Shown: positions 37,130-51,282 of the stretch, piece by piece | Numbering within the stretch: the stretch's first letter is position 1 | Layout: the number at the start of each line of letters is the position of its first letter | Assembly (NCBI GenBank): GCA_038087875.1 | Contig: CM075993.1 | Location: 9,116,001 to 9,180,000 of the forward strand | DNA length: 64,000 nucleotides | Reading direction: 5' to 3' | Source: Malacoraja senta | Lineage: Eukaryota | Notes under the pieces: generated by a model | Told to the model about the DNA's origin: nothing | Database searches by the model: none | The model's input: only the letters and a program-made list of their open reading frames with translations | Position numbers and translations under genes: made by a program

Positions 37130-38205
37130 GGTTAGATTGCATTGGATCCAAGGAGTGCTAGCTGACTAGATAACATTTGGCTTCATGGAAGGTAGCAAGG
37201 GTGATGGTGGAAAGGTATTTTTTGGACTGGAGGCCAGTGACCAGTGGTGTGCCCCTGGGTTCAGTACTGGGCACATTGCAGTTTGTCATCCGTATCAATG
37301 ATTTGGATGAAAATGTACAAAACATGATTAGTAAGTTTGCAGATGACACTAAAGAGGGTGGTATTGTAGATAGCGAAGATGGTTGTCAAAAATTGCAGCA
37401 GGATCATGATCGGTTGGGCAGGTGGTCTGAGGAAAGGAGTTTAATACAGGGAAGTGTGAGGTGTTGCATCTTGGGAAGTTAAACCAGATCTACACAGTGA
37501 ATGACAGGGCACTGGGGAATGTTGTAGAGAAGAGGGATCTAGGAGTGCAGGTAGTTCCTTGAAAGTGACATCACGAGTAGATAAGGTAGTCAAGAATACC
37601 TTTGGCACATTGGCCTTCATCAGTCAAAGTATTAAGTATGGAAATTGGGAGGTCATGTTACAGTTGTGCAATACATTGGTGAGGCCACATTTAGAGTACT
37701 GTTTTCAGTTTTGGTCACCCTGTTATAGGAAAAAAAATGTTAAGCTGGAAAGGGTGCAGAAAAGATTTATGAGGATGTTGTCAGAACTCGAGGGCCTGAG
37801 CTAAAGGGAGAGGTTGAGCAGGCTAGGACTTTATTCCCTCGAGCGCAGGATAATGAGGGGTGATCTTATAGATGTGTATAAGATCATGAGAGGAATAGAT
37901 AGAGGGCACAGAGTATTTTACCTAGAGTAGGGGAATTGAGAACCAGAGGACATAGGTTTAAGGTGAGGGGGGAAGGATTTAATAGGAACTTGATGGGCAA
38001 CATTTTTACACACAAACGGTGGCAGGTGTATGGAATGAGGAGGTAACTGAGGCAGGCACTATCACAACTTTTAAGAAACATTTAGACAGGTACATGGATA
38101 GGAGAAGGTTTAGAGGGATATGAGCCAAACACAGGCAAGTCAGACTAGTGTAGATGGGACATGTTGGCGGACATGGGCAAGTTGGGCCTGTTTCCATGCT
38201 GTATG
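37130..38205 (+). mobile_element. CR1 LINE RT/3' portion
   Basis: SGVPLGSVLG, KFADDTK, VRPHLEYCFQFWSP, 3' tail. Confidence 0.92.
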
Positions 38206-38999
38206 ACTTTATGACCTCACCCATATCTTGTGGCTCCATGCACAGATCGCCTTTCTTGTACTTGCTGTTCCTCCCCACCCTGTTTAACCTCTTGCCCTGA
38301 ATAAACGCATTATGATTTTCCTTAATTGTGTCTGCCAGTAATATTTCATGCCCCTCTTTGCCCTACAACTTCCTCCTCTAAGTATTCCCTAAACTTCCTT
38401 TATACCCAACAGGTCTCCCCCATTTCCCGTTCTTTTTGGTTGCCAATGCTTCCTATTTACTTTATCTAACTTTTGATATCCCTTGACATCTATGGTTCCT
38501 TGGACTAGTTTTTCCTTACCTTTTTACTTCATGAGAACACATTGGCCATTGGCTCTGCTATTTCTCTTTTGTATGACTCAGATGAAGCTGCTCCCTGTCC
38601 ACATTTGCCAGATCTTGAATAATGATACTGAAAGTGGACATCCCCAGTGCACAGCCTTCATTTCTGGATCATCAGATACCTGGAAACACACAGAGGCACA
38701 GTGATAAATGCTTCAAAATATTCTCCCATTATCACATCAACCAAATCTACCCTTCTCTGGTCTATCTGCACTTTGGGTTGAAAAGTTCTGAATGGATTTT
38801 TAAAATTCCCTCTCCGCTAAGACTTTCACACTAGGCAATGCAAATAATCTGGGCACGGTGAAATCCCCAACTATTATCCATTCCTCTTACACTGCTCCTG
38901 AAGAAAAGTTGAATTCCTTTGGTCTGATAACATCCCATCCTCAGTCACAGTGGGTTCAGCCGTGAATGTCTAAGACAAGGTTAAATCTTTTGCGATCAT

Positions 39000-40270
39000 C
39001 TTCAGCCAGTGATATGAAGGGTTCATCTCCGCCTGGGGTCGCCGTACTCCAGCCAGTCTTCAGCAGTCGGGAATAATGGATATAGTAAGGCTTTGGGACC
39101 AGACAACACCCTGAGAGTTCTGCTGGAGACTTGTGCTGCACGATTAACCATGCCACCATAAGCTTTTGGGTGTAGTTCCAACACTGGCATCTGTTGACAA
39201 TGTAGAAAACTATCCAGCAAACTGCCGTCAACAAAAAGCAGGACAAGTTAAATCTGGCTAATTACCACCTTCTCAGTCCACTCGATCGTCAACAGTGCCA
39301 GCAAGCAGCATTGTTAGGGTTTTGTCTCGGGCCTCACGGCTCCTGGCCTCATTGCTCCAACTATGTGTGAGTGTGACTGTTCTTGACGTCAAGGCAACAT
39401 TTGATCGAGCCTTAGTAACTGAAGTTAATGACACTCAAGAGGACCGGAATAATAACAAAGGAAGATGATTGTGGTTTTCATACCAGTCCCAAAACATCAC
39501 TGCAGGAGTTCCTCAAATTCAGCTATTTCTTTGTATTTCATCATTAGGTCAGACATGAGAATGTTTGCTGATGATTGGACCATCTGCTGTCAATGACTCT
39601 ATGAGTCCAGGCTGTTCAGACATATCTGATAGTGGCATGGACCGCACAATACCATCTACAAAATCATCTCCAACAAGCAAGTCCAGCCACCTCTCCTTGA
39701 CGTTCAATGACATTAGCATTGTTGAGTCACTGACCATTAGCAGACTGGGGATGTTACCATTGACCAGAAATGCAACTGGACCATGCAGATAAATACTATG
39801 AAATTAATACTGTAATACCCTGGACTACAAGAGCAGGTTGGGGTCTGGGAGTTCCTCTCTTCCCAACTTTCCACCATCTACAATGCTTGATAGGAGTGTG
39901 GTGGAATATTCTCCATTTCTCTGGAATAGTGCAGCACCATCAGCACTGGAAGACCTCAACATTATTCAGGACAAAGGAGCTCACCTGACTGGCACCCATT
40001 CACCACCAGAAATGTCCGCTCTCTCCACGATCAGCACCAGACCAATGCAGTGTGAATGAGACATAAAATACACTGCAATTACTTGTCCAAACCCACCTCC
40101 CCAAACCTACCACACACAGCTTCCTCTCAAAGGTCAACTTGAGATCCTTCATTGTCACTGGAACTACGCTATGAGAATCCTCTTACCAGAAAAACATTTA
40201 CCTTCAATATACTGGGGCATATTGGAGTCTTCGGGGCAATAAATATAATCCTTGCCGGTACTGGCAAACC
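39000..40270 (+). mobile_element. Highly degenerate ancient LINE (CR1/L2 group)
   Basis: Traces of KALGPD, ANY.P.S, LDVKATFDR, GVPQ, MFADD motifs. Confidence 0.55.
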
Positions 40271-40387
40271 TCGGAACTTGCTGTATATGCATCGTATAAA
40301 CTTAAATTTACATTTTTTACCAAAGCCAATTAACCTACAAACCTGTACATCTTTCGGTAGTACATAGTTCGGGATGAATTAGCTTAA

Positions 40388-40923
40388 AGGGGCTGTCCCA
40401 CTGCGACGACCTAATTGGCGAGTTTAGGAGAGTTTGAAAAAGTGTCACGTTGAAGACCTCCTTCGACTATGTTGAAGACCTCCTTCGACTATGTTGAAGA
40501 CTAGCTTCGACTAGCTTCGGGAAAATTGGACACCGAATAGTGGAGAGTGAAGACGACCTCCTTCAATCTCCCTTTGACTATGTTGAAGACTATGTACGAC
40601 TACCTTCGACTACCCTCGATTACCTACGAATAACATGCCGACCTACTTTGGAATACCTAATACCTACTTTGACCAAACCTACGAGTTAAAAAAATATCGA
40701 TTTTTTTTTTCCATGGCGACCTTTATTTACTCGCGGGCATTTGTCAGCGTGTTGAAAAATACGCCGCGACCTAGCTGATGCCTCGAGTACGCGGGGACTA
40801 CTCTCGAGCATGAAGGAGAGTTACAAAGACCTCCTAGGACCTTGTGTTGGCCATGCTGCGAGTATGAGTCGAGGGCAAACTCTTCTAAACTCGCCAATTA
40901 GGTCGCCGCAGTGGTACAGCCCC
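40388..40923. mobile_element. PIF/Harbinger-like MITE
   Basis: taa|aggggctgtcccactgcgacgacctaattggcgagtttag ... ctaaactcgccaattaggtcgccgcagtggtacagcccc; internal (gacctccttcgactatgttgaa) repeats; right TSD absent. Confidence 0.85.
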
Positions 40924-43888
40924 AAACGTGGAACAGAATTAGAGACAGTTACTGTGGAGCAGACTCACTTGGCTCCATTGTCAACTTGCTTCTGGTTGGT
41001 AAAGAGAAATAAGGAACTGCAGATGCTTGTTTTGGAAAAAATGCTGGAGTAACTGTATACCGAAAGATGTACAGGTTTGTAGGTTAATTGGCTTTGGTTA
41101 AAAATGTAAATTTAAGTTTATACGATGCATACACAAAAAGAGGAACTTGCTGTATATGCATAATATTAACTTACATTTACATTTTGTACCAAAGCCAATT
41201 AACCTACAAACCTGTACATCCTTCGGTAGTACATAGTTCGGGATGAATTAGCTTCAGTGTGCATAATGCACACCAGAAACAAAAGCCTACCATAGGCAAA
41301 ACATAAAGATTACATTTTGCCTATATATGTAGAAGGAATTTTACTCCTAAAGCTGCAGAGGGGCCATAGCTTAGGGATACAAGCAGTAAAAACGATTTGT
41401 TATTTTTACGATTAGACGGAAGTGAATGAGTCAAGAGAGGTAAAACTGGTGTTCAAAATTATCAATGATTTTCCAGTGTACATAAGGAGAAACTGTTTCC
41501 ACTGACATGTAGATTAGACAGAGAGAATATAGACTAAGAAAACTTTTCAATAAAATTTGCCATCAACCACACACTCCTCCCACTGGGACTGTCTCTCCAC
41601 TGTCCCCATCCATCCACCCACCCACCTCCTTTATTTGGTTCCATGGATCACCTTCTATCCCTCAGACTGAAGAAGGGTCTCGACCCGAAACATCGGCAAT
41701 TCCTTCTCACCAAAGATACTGCCTCACCCGCTGAGTTTCTCCAGCATTTTTTGTTTACCTTCGATTTTTCCAGCATCTGCAGTTCTTTCTTGAACAAAGC
41801 TTCCCTTCCTATCAGATTCCATCACCTGCAGCCCTTTGTTGCCTCCACTTATCACATCCCAACCCCTCTCTCTTTTGCCACCCTCCCTCCCTCCCCCACC
41901 TGACTCCAACTACCAATCAACCCCCCCCCCTCAACTGGATCCACCTCTCTCCTGCCAGCTCTTGCCCCAACAACCCTCCCCCCCCCCCGCACTTACCCCT
42001 TTATCCTGGCTGTCACCCCTCTACTCTTCCAGTTTCAGATGAAGCTTCCCAACCTGTAACATCGACTGTCCATTTTCCTCTGCAGAAGCTGGCTGAACCG
42101 CTGAGCAGCTCCAGCAGTTTGTTTGTGCTCCCTGCTCCAGCATCTCCAATACTGGTAGAAGCGGATTTAATTGCATCATTCAAAAAGGTATTGGGTAAAA
42201 ATTGAAAAGGAAAGGTATTCACGGATGCAGAGAAAGAGGAAGTGGGATGGTCTGGAATGGTTTTTCCAGGTCCCAGCGCTGGTGAGGGAGGAGGAGGAGG
42301 AATTCCAAGTTTATTTTTATTGCTTAATGGTTTCCGCATGAGTCATCAGGTAATAGGTTATGGCAGAGGACTGTCTGAATAAACCCTATCTGCCACAGTT
42401 ACTGCATTCACCGCAGTCATCTCTGGTTTACTGTTCCTAGAGGTAGGGAGGCTTGGTGACTTTCAGTGAACGCAGAGATGAGAGTGAACAGTAAACCAGA
42501 GATTACACGCCTGTGTCCATCACTGTGTCTGCAAGCTCATTTAGTTAACCTATTATTCCAATGTCGCTTATGTTTCTTAGAACATTACAATCTCGAAGAA
42601 CAAAGTGTATGGCATGTGAGACTATGATCATGTTTTTGGTCTTGTGCGTAAGCCAAGAGCTACAAATAATAAATACTTTTAAATTCAAAGCACTGCCGAA
42701 GATATGTTGCAAAATATTAAACCAGACCCACGCTAACTTCCTTTCCATCACACTTCCAGACATGTTCCAAATAACATTCATTCCAACCAGTCCATGGAAT
42801 TAGATCGCATCGCAACAATACAGACCATCTGCTGTAGCATGTCAGAAAGAAATTGTGCGGTTACCAGCCTGTGGTTTGTTGTATAAAGAGATAAGTTGAC
42901 CGTAAAGTATATAAATATGAAAGGTGTATTAGTAAATGTGACATACTTGTCTCATCAGTGTAAACTGTCTGAACTAGGTTAATCTAGACGGACCACTTTA
43001 CCAACTACAATATAAAAAAGAAATGAAAGAATATTTGTATAATTTGGCTTCCTTCATACTTGTGGTTAGACTGACTTACCAAACTGGGCATGCAGCACTC
43101 AAATTCAATTGCCCCATAACACTGAGAACAGTTCAGTGATGAATGTTCCCTTCTCAGCTGGGAAGATATATCCAAAGCCTGATATTTATTATTTCAACAT
43201 CAGTTCCCACTTAAGTTGTTTGCACATATGAGTCATCAATTTCCTATTTTTCCAAGGGGGTTCAAAATGAATTAAAGTTCAGTCACAGACCTACATTCTC
43301 ATGTCAGTACACAGACTACCCATATATAGTTTGGTTAATTCTGTCCATGTGTTCCTTGTTAATGGATTTTAGTACAAATTTGATATTGTGCAAAAGAAAA
43401 GTTCAATAATCTGCAAACCGTAGGATATTTGCCATTGGAATGTGACATAATCGAGAGTTCCTTTCTTCCCGCTCCTAGCTGCAAGGTTTTATCCACTTAC
43501 CAATTATCAGTTTGTCAGCGCAAATGAAGTCTCACTGATGATGTTTTATTGGATCAGTTGCTGCTTCATTTGGGGTAATTTGTTCATAGCGTGACAAGTG
43601 TAGCAGATCCAGCTGCAGTGTGTCTAGAAACTGAGATCAGATTCTTTCTGTTGTACATCCAGGTCAGTGCACTGGTCTCATCTCTGCTGTGCTTCACCAT
43701 CAGCCCAACACATCCATCCCACACACCAGCTGCTCAGTATCCTCTTTACTCTCCATGTTTATGACCAAGTCTTCCAAAGACCAGCAATTAGCTTATTTCT
43801 CTTCCTCGCCCTGCAACTGCTTCACAAGTTGTTGTACCAAAATGGACAGGGACGTAATGATGGACAAAATGGATGAGGCTGTAATAGA

Positions 43889-44408
43889 TACATAGAAAAT
43901 AGGTGCAGGAGTAGGCCATTCGGCCCTTCGAGCCTGCACCGCCATTCAATATGATCATGGCTGATCATCCAACTCAGTATCCCGTACCTGCCTTCTCTCC
44001 ATACCCCATGATCCCTTTAGCCACAAGGGCCACATCTAACTCCCTCTTAAATATAGCCAATGAACTGGCCTCAACTACCCTCTGTGGCAGAGTTCCAGAG
44101 ATTCACCACTCTCTGTGTGAAAAAGATTTTCCTCATCTCGGTCTTAAAGGATTTCCCCCTTATCCTTAAGCTGTGACCCCTTGTCCTGGACTTCCCCAAC
44201 ATCGGGAACAATCTTCCTGCATCTAGCCTGTCCAACCCCATAAGAATTTTGTACGTTTCTATAAGATCCCCTCTCAATCTCCTAAATTCTAGCGAGTATC
44301 AAGTCTATCCAGTCTTTCTTCATATGAAAGTCCTGACATCCCAGGAATCAGTCTGGTGAACCTTCTTTGCACTCCCTCTATGGCTATAATGTCCTTCCTG
44401 TCCTTCCT
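43889..44408 (-). mobile_element. Young CR1 3' fragment
   Basis: RGDLIETYKILMGLDRLDAGRLFPMLGKSRTRGHSL; near-identical to 60390-60902. Confidence 0.93.
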
Positions 44409-44969
44409 AATGGACAGAGATGTGGTGGAGCGATGTAGTGGACAGATGTAAGGGATGGTCAAAATGAATGGGGACGTAAAGGATGGATGTAATGGACGGA
44501 CAACATGGATGGGGACTGGGAAGGAATTTCTCTCACTCCTCCTGTATCTGCTTACCTAGTTTATTTACTAACATGGATGGGGATATAACAGCACAGTAGA
44601 ACTGTGAACAAACTTTTGAAGATTAGTGGGTGAATAATACTGGACCCGAGGCTTTTGGTTAAGGAGGAGTTAAACCAGAATTGAAAATCAAAAGACTGCT
44701 GAAATAAAACAGAACATTTTGAAAATATTCAGTAGGTTAGGCAGCGTTTGTTGAAAGACAAAGTTGATGTTTCAGCTTTGAAGACCCTTCCTCAGAAGGT
44801 GCTTGACCTGAAATATTAGCTCTTTTCTGACCTGTTGAATGTTTCTAACATTTTCTGTTATAATTTTACACCAGTTCCATATCGATTGCACAATTAATTA
44901 ATGCATGGTGGGAAAATCAAATTCGCAACTGTGAGTAATGTCTCAACTACAGTAAAAACTGTCACAACA

Positions 44970-45255
44970 GGGGCGGCACAGTGGTAGATCTGCTGCTTTA
45001 CAGAGCCTGGTTCGATTCTGACCACGGGTGTTGTCTGTACGGAGTTTGTATGTTCTCCCTGTGACCTTGTGGGTTTTCTCCAGGTTCTCCAGTCTCCTCC
45101 CACACTCCAAAGATATACAGGTTTGTAGGTTAATTGGCTTTGGTAAAAATTGTAAATTGTCCCTAGCGTGCAGGAGAGTGCTAGTGTACGGGGTGATCGC
45201 TGGTCGGTGGGCTGAAGGACGAGTTTCCACTCTGTATCTCTAAAGTCTAAAAAGT
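44970..45255 (+). mobile_element. HE1-like SINE
   Basis: Head, V-domain and tail. Confidence 0.85.
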
Positions 45256-45759
45256 CAAACAACTAACTTGAGCAAGATTAGAGCACATGCAAAGAATGAG
45301 TGTGTGACTGGCCCAGCACAGCTCCACTCCTCAACAGCTTCTGGCTCACTGCTTTCAAACCACACTGGAATTTCTGACTCTCCAGAATTAGATCGGAGGC
45401 TTCAGGAATTGTAGACTAATCTTCAGAGCACCACTGCGTGCAAGACCCAGAGGAAAAATCATGGATGCAATAAAATAATATTTTTCTTTGTTCAAAAGTT
45501 GTAAAAATATTGGACATGAGAAAAGCTGCTTGATTGACGGTCGGGCATGCAGCACATATGTTTGCTTCCCAGTTATTGTGGAGGAAGGGTGTGTTGGCAG
45601 CGCAGTGGCAGCAATGTGCCAGCAGAACCATCACCGCCACGGGCACCTGAACGTTTGGCCAATCATCAAAATAAACCTCCTGAAATGGAGCAAAGCTGAA
45701 AATGTGAATAAAATGCGTTGTTATATATCAGGCACCATATAAAGCATTACCAAAGCATA

Positions 45760-48700
45760 AGTGCTCTCCATAATATTTGGGACAAAGACCCATCATTTAT
45801 TTATTTGCCTCTGTACTCCACAATTTGAGATTTGTAATAGAAAAAAATCACATGTGGTTCAAGTGCACATTGTCAGATTTTAATAAAGGCCATTTTAATA
45901 CATTTTGATTTCACAATGTAGAAATTACAGCAGTGTTTATACATAGTTCCCCCATTTCAGGGCACTATAATATTGGGACACAGCAATGTCATGTAAATTA
46001 ATGTAGTCATGTTTAGTATTTTGTTGCATATCCTTTGCATGCAATGACTGCTTGAAGTCTGCGATTTATGGACATCACAAGTTGCTGGGGTGTCTTCTCT
46101 GGTGATCCTCTGCCAGGCCTGTATTGCAGCCATATTTAGCTAATGCTTGTTTTGGGGGCTAGTCTCCTTCAGTTTTCCCTTCACCATATAAAAGGCATGC
46201 TCAATTGGGTTCAGATCGAGTGATTGACTTGGCCACTCAAGAATCGACCATTTTTTAGCTTTGAAAAACTCCTTTGTTGCTTTAGCAGTATGTTTGGAAT
46301 CATTGTCTTGCTGTAGAATGAACCACCGGCCAATGAGTTTTGAGGCATTTGTTTGCACTTGAGCAGATAGGATGTGTCTATACACTTCAGAATTCATTAT
46401 GCTACTACCATCAGCAGATGTATCATCAATGAAGATAAGTCAGTACCTTCAGCAGTCATACATGCTCAGGCCATAACACCCCCACCACCGTGTTTCACAG
46501 AAGAGGTGGTATGCTTTGGATCTTGGGCAGTTCCTTCTCTCCTCCATACTTTGCTCTTGCCATCACTCTGATATGTTAATCTTCAACTCATCTGTGCACA
46601 AGATCTTTTTTCCAGAACTGTGATTGCTCTTTTAAGTACTTCTTGGCAAACTGTAACCCGGCCATCATATTTTTGGGCCTAACCAGTGGTTTGCATCTTG
46701 CAGTGTAGCCTCTGTATTTCTGTTCATGAAGTCTTCTGCGGACAGTGGCCATTGGCAAATCCACACCTGACTCCTGAAGAGAGTTTCTGATATGTCGGAC
46801 AGGTGTTTTTATTTATTTATTTATTATAGAGAGAATTCTTCTGTCATTAGCTGTGGAAGTCTTCCTTGGATTGCCAGTCCCTTTGCGATTAGTAAGCTCA
46901 CCAGTGCTCTCTTTCTTCTTAATGATGTTCCAAACAGTTGAAGGTAGACAAAAATGCTGGAGAAACTCAAATTGGTGAGGCAGCATCTATGGAGAGAAGG
47001 AATAGGTGAAATTTCGGGTCAAGACCCTTCTTCAGACTGATGTCGGGGGGGGGGGGTGGGTGGGAAAGGAAGAGACGGAGACAGTAGGCTTGGGGGAGCG
47101 CTGGGAAGGGGAGGGGAAGGAGGGAGAAAGCAAGGACTACCTGAAATTGGAGTAGGCGATGTTCATTCCGCTGGCGTGTAAACTACCCAAGCGAAATATG
47201 AGGTGCTGTTCCTCCAATTTGCGCTGGGCCTCACTCTGGCAATGGCGGAGTCCCAGGACAGAAAGGATGCGGAATGGGAGGGGGAGTTGAAGTGCTGAGC
47301 CACCGGGAGATCAGGTTGGTTATTTCGAACTGAGCGGAAGTGTTGGGCGAAGCGATCGCCAAGCCTTTGCTTGGTCTCTCCGATGTAGAGAAGTTGACAC
47401 CTGGAACAGCGGATGGAGTAGATGAGGTTGGACGAGGTGCAGGTGAACCTATGCCTCACCTGGAAAGACTGCTTGGGTCCTTGGATGTAGTCGAGGGTAA
47501 AGCGACAAGTGTAGCATTTCCTGCGGTACCAGGGGAGGGGGTGGTTTGGGTGGGAAGGGACACATTGACCAGGGAGTTACAGAGGGAACGGTCTCTGCGG
47601 AAAGCAGAAAGAGGAGGAGATGGGAAGATGAGGCCAGTGGTGGGATCCCGTTGGAGGGTGCGAAAATGTCGGAGGATTATATGTTGTATGCGACGATTGG
47701 TAGGGTGGAAGGTGAGGACAAGGGCGACTCTGTCCTTGTTACGAGTAGGGGGATGGGGAGTGAGAGCGGAGCTGCGGGATATAGAGGAGACCCTGGTGAG
47801 AGTCTCATCTATAATAGAAGAGGGGAACCCCTATTCCCTAGAGAATGAGGACATCTCCGATGCCCTGGTCTGGAACACCTCATTCTGGGTGCAGATGCGG
47901 TGTAGACGGAGGAATTGGGAGTAGGGGATGGAGTCCTTACAGGAAGCAGGGTGGGAAGAAGTGTAGTCCAGATAGCTATGGGAGACAGTGGGTTTGTAGT
48001 AGATGTCGGTCAGTAGTCTGTTACCTGCGATGGAGATGGTGAGGTCTAGAAACGGTAGGGATATGTGAGAAATGATCCAGGTGAATTTGAGTGTCGGATG
48101 GAAGTTAGTGGTGAAATGGATGAAGTCAGTGAGTTCTGCATGGGTGCAGGAGGTAGCGCCAATGTAGCAGAGGTAGAGTTCGGGGATAAGGCCACGGTAC
48201 GCCTCGACAAGGATTGTTCGACGTACCCTACAAAGAGGTAGGCATAGCTGGGGCCCAGGCGCTTGCCCATAGCTACGCCTTGGATTTGAAGGAAATGGGA
48301 GGAGTCAAAGGAAAAGTTGTTGAGGGTAAGAACCAGCTCCGCTTGGCGGAGGAGAGTATTAGTAGACCGGGACTGGCTGCAGTTGATTTTGGTAAACCTA
48401 AGGTTTGGCTGATCTACCTAACAGTTTTATTCGTGTTTCTCGGTCTCATAATGGCTTCTTTGACTTTCATTGGCACAACTTTAGTCCTTCAACAGCAATA
48501 AAAGTTTCCAACGGTGATGGAAAGACTGGGGGAAAGACTAGGTGCTGAGACCTCTCTTAGACCTACATTAAGGAGGCAATTGAACACACCTGAGCAATTA
48601 CAAATGCCTGTGAAGACGTGTCCCAAACATTATGGTGCGCTGAAATGGGGGGACAATGTTTAAACACGGCTGTAATTTCTACATGGTGAAACCAAAATGT

Positions 48701-48831
48701 ATAAAAATGGCCTTTAATAAAATCTGACAATGTGCACTTTAACCACATGTGATTTTTTTCTATTACAAATCTCAAATTGTGGCAAATAAATAAATGATTG
48801 GTCTTTGTTCCAAACATTATGGAGAGCACTG
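45760..48831 (-). mobile_element. Near full-length degenerate Tc1 (IR/DR) element with PLE insertion
   Basis: About 220-bp TIRs (agtgctctccataat / attatggagagcactg|ta); QQDNDSKHTAKAT, WPSQSLDLNPIEH on minus strand. Confidence 0.93.
46942..48379 (-). mobile_element. Penelope-like element (partial RT, GIY-YIG, pLTR)
   Basis: MGKRLGPSYAYLFVGYVEQSL; LIYSIRCSRCQLLYIGETKQRLGDRFAQH; 7-bp TSD cagttga at 46935-46941 and 48380-48386. Confidence 0.93.
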
Positions 48832-50994
48832 TACATTTATAGCTTTGTATAAATACTGCAAAACTAATACCATTTTAGAAAGAACAATCTGAGACTGCAT
48901 CACAAAATGTCCTCTCCGATGTACAGACCAGGGGCTGCTACAAGCATCTGACGCCACCTTGTGGAATAGTCATGGTTCTAATATCCCAGGAGTACACTCT
49001 GCAATGAAGTTCACTCCTTATCGACCACACTGACTGCACTGACTTACACCCATCCACGGGGTTCAAACACCACAGCGAACACCTGAGGCCATTTACCTGC
49101 TGATGTCACATCAAATGTGCTTATCAGAAAGCGAAATATGCTTTGTATCATCATCCCAAAGCACTTTACAACCAATGATGTGGTTTTGCAAATGTATCAG
49201 CTGCTGCAATGTAGTGAACATCGCATTAAAGTTACACACAGCAAGATCCCAGATGTCACAACAATCCAACATTTTGTGATATTGATAGGGGAATATGTGG
49301 GAACAACTCCACTGGGATTCAGAATTGTGTCATGGGATCATTTATGTTTAACTTAAAACTAACAGCACTTAGATTTTAACATCTTGGGCAGAAGATGGCT
49401 CCTCAGGCACTGCAGCACACGAACAAAACAAATTGCAGCATCTGTGGGTGGGAGTGGACAGACGATGTTTCAGGTTGGGACCCTTCAGATCGACGAGGGG
49501 TTCCATCATGAAACGCCATCTGTCGATTTCCCTCCACAGATGCTGCCTGGCCCACTGAATTCCTCCAGCACTGTTGCTTAAGGTTCCAACATCTGCAGTC
49601 TCTTGTTTCTTCATTTTATTGTAGCACTACAGTGAGTGGGTTATCCCTGATCACCAACCCTGGTGTCAGACTGGAACCCATAATCTTCAGATCAGCAGAG
49701 AAAGTCACCATCTGACTCACAACCAATATTTGACTCTTGACACGCATGAACATCACAAAGGAAAAAGTGCAATGTTCATGTTGTAACAGTTGTGTGGAAC
49801 AGCCGAGATCAGATGTAAAAGGAGAACAACTAATCCTGGATATGTTTTTGTTGTTCATGGACTACTAATGTTATGCTCTTTAAACTGTAACTAACAAGTA
49901 TTTAATATGTCAACTGAACTTACAGAGAACAAGTATAAATCATTCCTTTACAAGTCCTACTTATTGTTATATGGTGATTGGTCAGGCGACAAGGAGAGGA
50001 ACAACTATATATCTGTTGGTTTTTGAAGGAAGACAAAAACATGCTTCTCCCCATCTCAATATTATTTAATAATCCTAATTTACAAATAATAGTTTGTATA
50101 GATACTGCTGACATGACTATCGGTTCCACAACGGGTGATTATTAGCACTTATCTTTTGCACCAAGATATAATATTAGAGTCTCCAAGCTCCATTGTGTAA
50201 GGTGAGAGGAGAAAGATTTAAAGGGGACCTGAGGGGCATCTTTTTCACAAGGGAAGGTGGGTATAAGGAATGAGCTGCCGGTGGAAGTCGTAGAAGCAGG
50301 TACAATTACAACATTTAAAAAACATTTGGACAGGTTGTTGGATAGGAAAGGTTTAGAGGGATATGGGCCAAGACGAGCTTAGGTAGATACCTTGGTGGAC
50401 ATGACTTATGTGCTGCATAAGGCCACAAATGAAGGTAGATGAGTAAAACCAGACTTTATCAGTGAAGGCATTGAGTATAAGAATTGCATGTTGCAGCTTT
50501 ATAAAACTGGTGAGCCCATGTTTGGAATACAGGAAGGATATGGAGGCTTTGGAGAGGGTGCGGAAGAGGTTTACCAGAATGCTGTCTGTATTAGAGAATA
50601 ATAGCTATCAGGAGAGATTGGACAAACTTGGGTTGTTTTCTTGGGGAAGGCTGAAGGGGGAGAGGGAGGGGGAAGGGGCGTTGTTCTGGGATGCCAGAAC
50701 TAACTGTTGAGCCTTCTTGAGGTGTTGTGGACCTAACTCAACGAAACACCAGTGAAGGGAGGTGCCCACTTGATAACCCCAAAGATATACTGGCATCTAC
50801 ACAATCAGTTTTTTAAAAAGAGATTGTTAACATGTGGGTAGCTGTTTATTGCATATGTAGTTAGTTATTGTCCTTAGCATAAGTTGATATATTCACTTTA
50901 GACAGTGCTTTGGGCTTGGTTTTCTTGGTTGAGCACTTATCCTGGTGTTATAGCACAAATACTTTGTGTTTTAATTGTAGTCTATACTGTTCCA

Positions 50995-51282
50995 TGTTTA
51001 TTTTAGTTTAGAGATACAACGTGGAAGTGACCCTTTGGCCCACGGAGTCCACACCAACCATCGATCACCCACACACTAGTTGTATGCCAGATAGCGCTAT
51101 CCGATGCACTAGGGGGAATTCACAGAAGCCAATTAACCTACAAACCTGATCATCTTTGGAATGTTTGGGGAAACCGAAGCACCCAGAGAAAACCCACGTG
51201 ATCACAGGGACAATGTACAAACTTCGCACAGACAGCACCTGTTGTCAGGAACAAACCTGGTTACCTGAAACTGTGCCACCCT
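50995..51282 (-). mobile_element. HE1-like SINE
   Basis: Reverse-complement tail and V-domain. Confidence 0.8.

Noticed and set aside
40447..40640. Short repeats resembling a CRISPR array
   Set aside because: Tandem degenerate units without unique spacers, inside a MITE in vertebrate DNA
43040..45700. Scattered minus-strand gtaag donors and the ORF at 45416-45646
   Set aside because: No coherent frame or recognisable peptide
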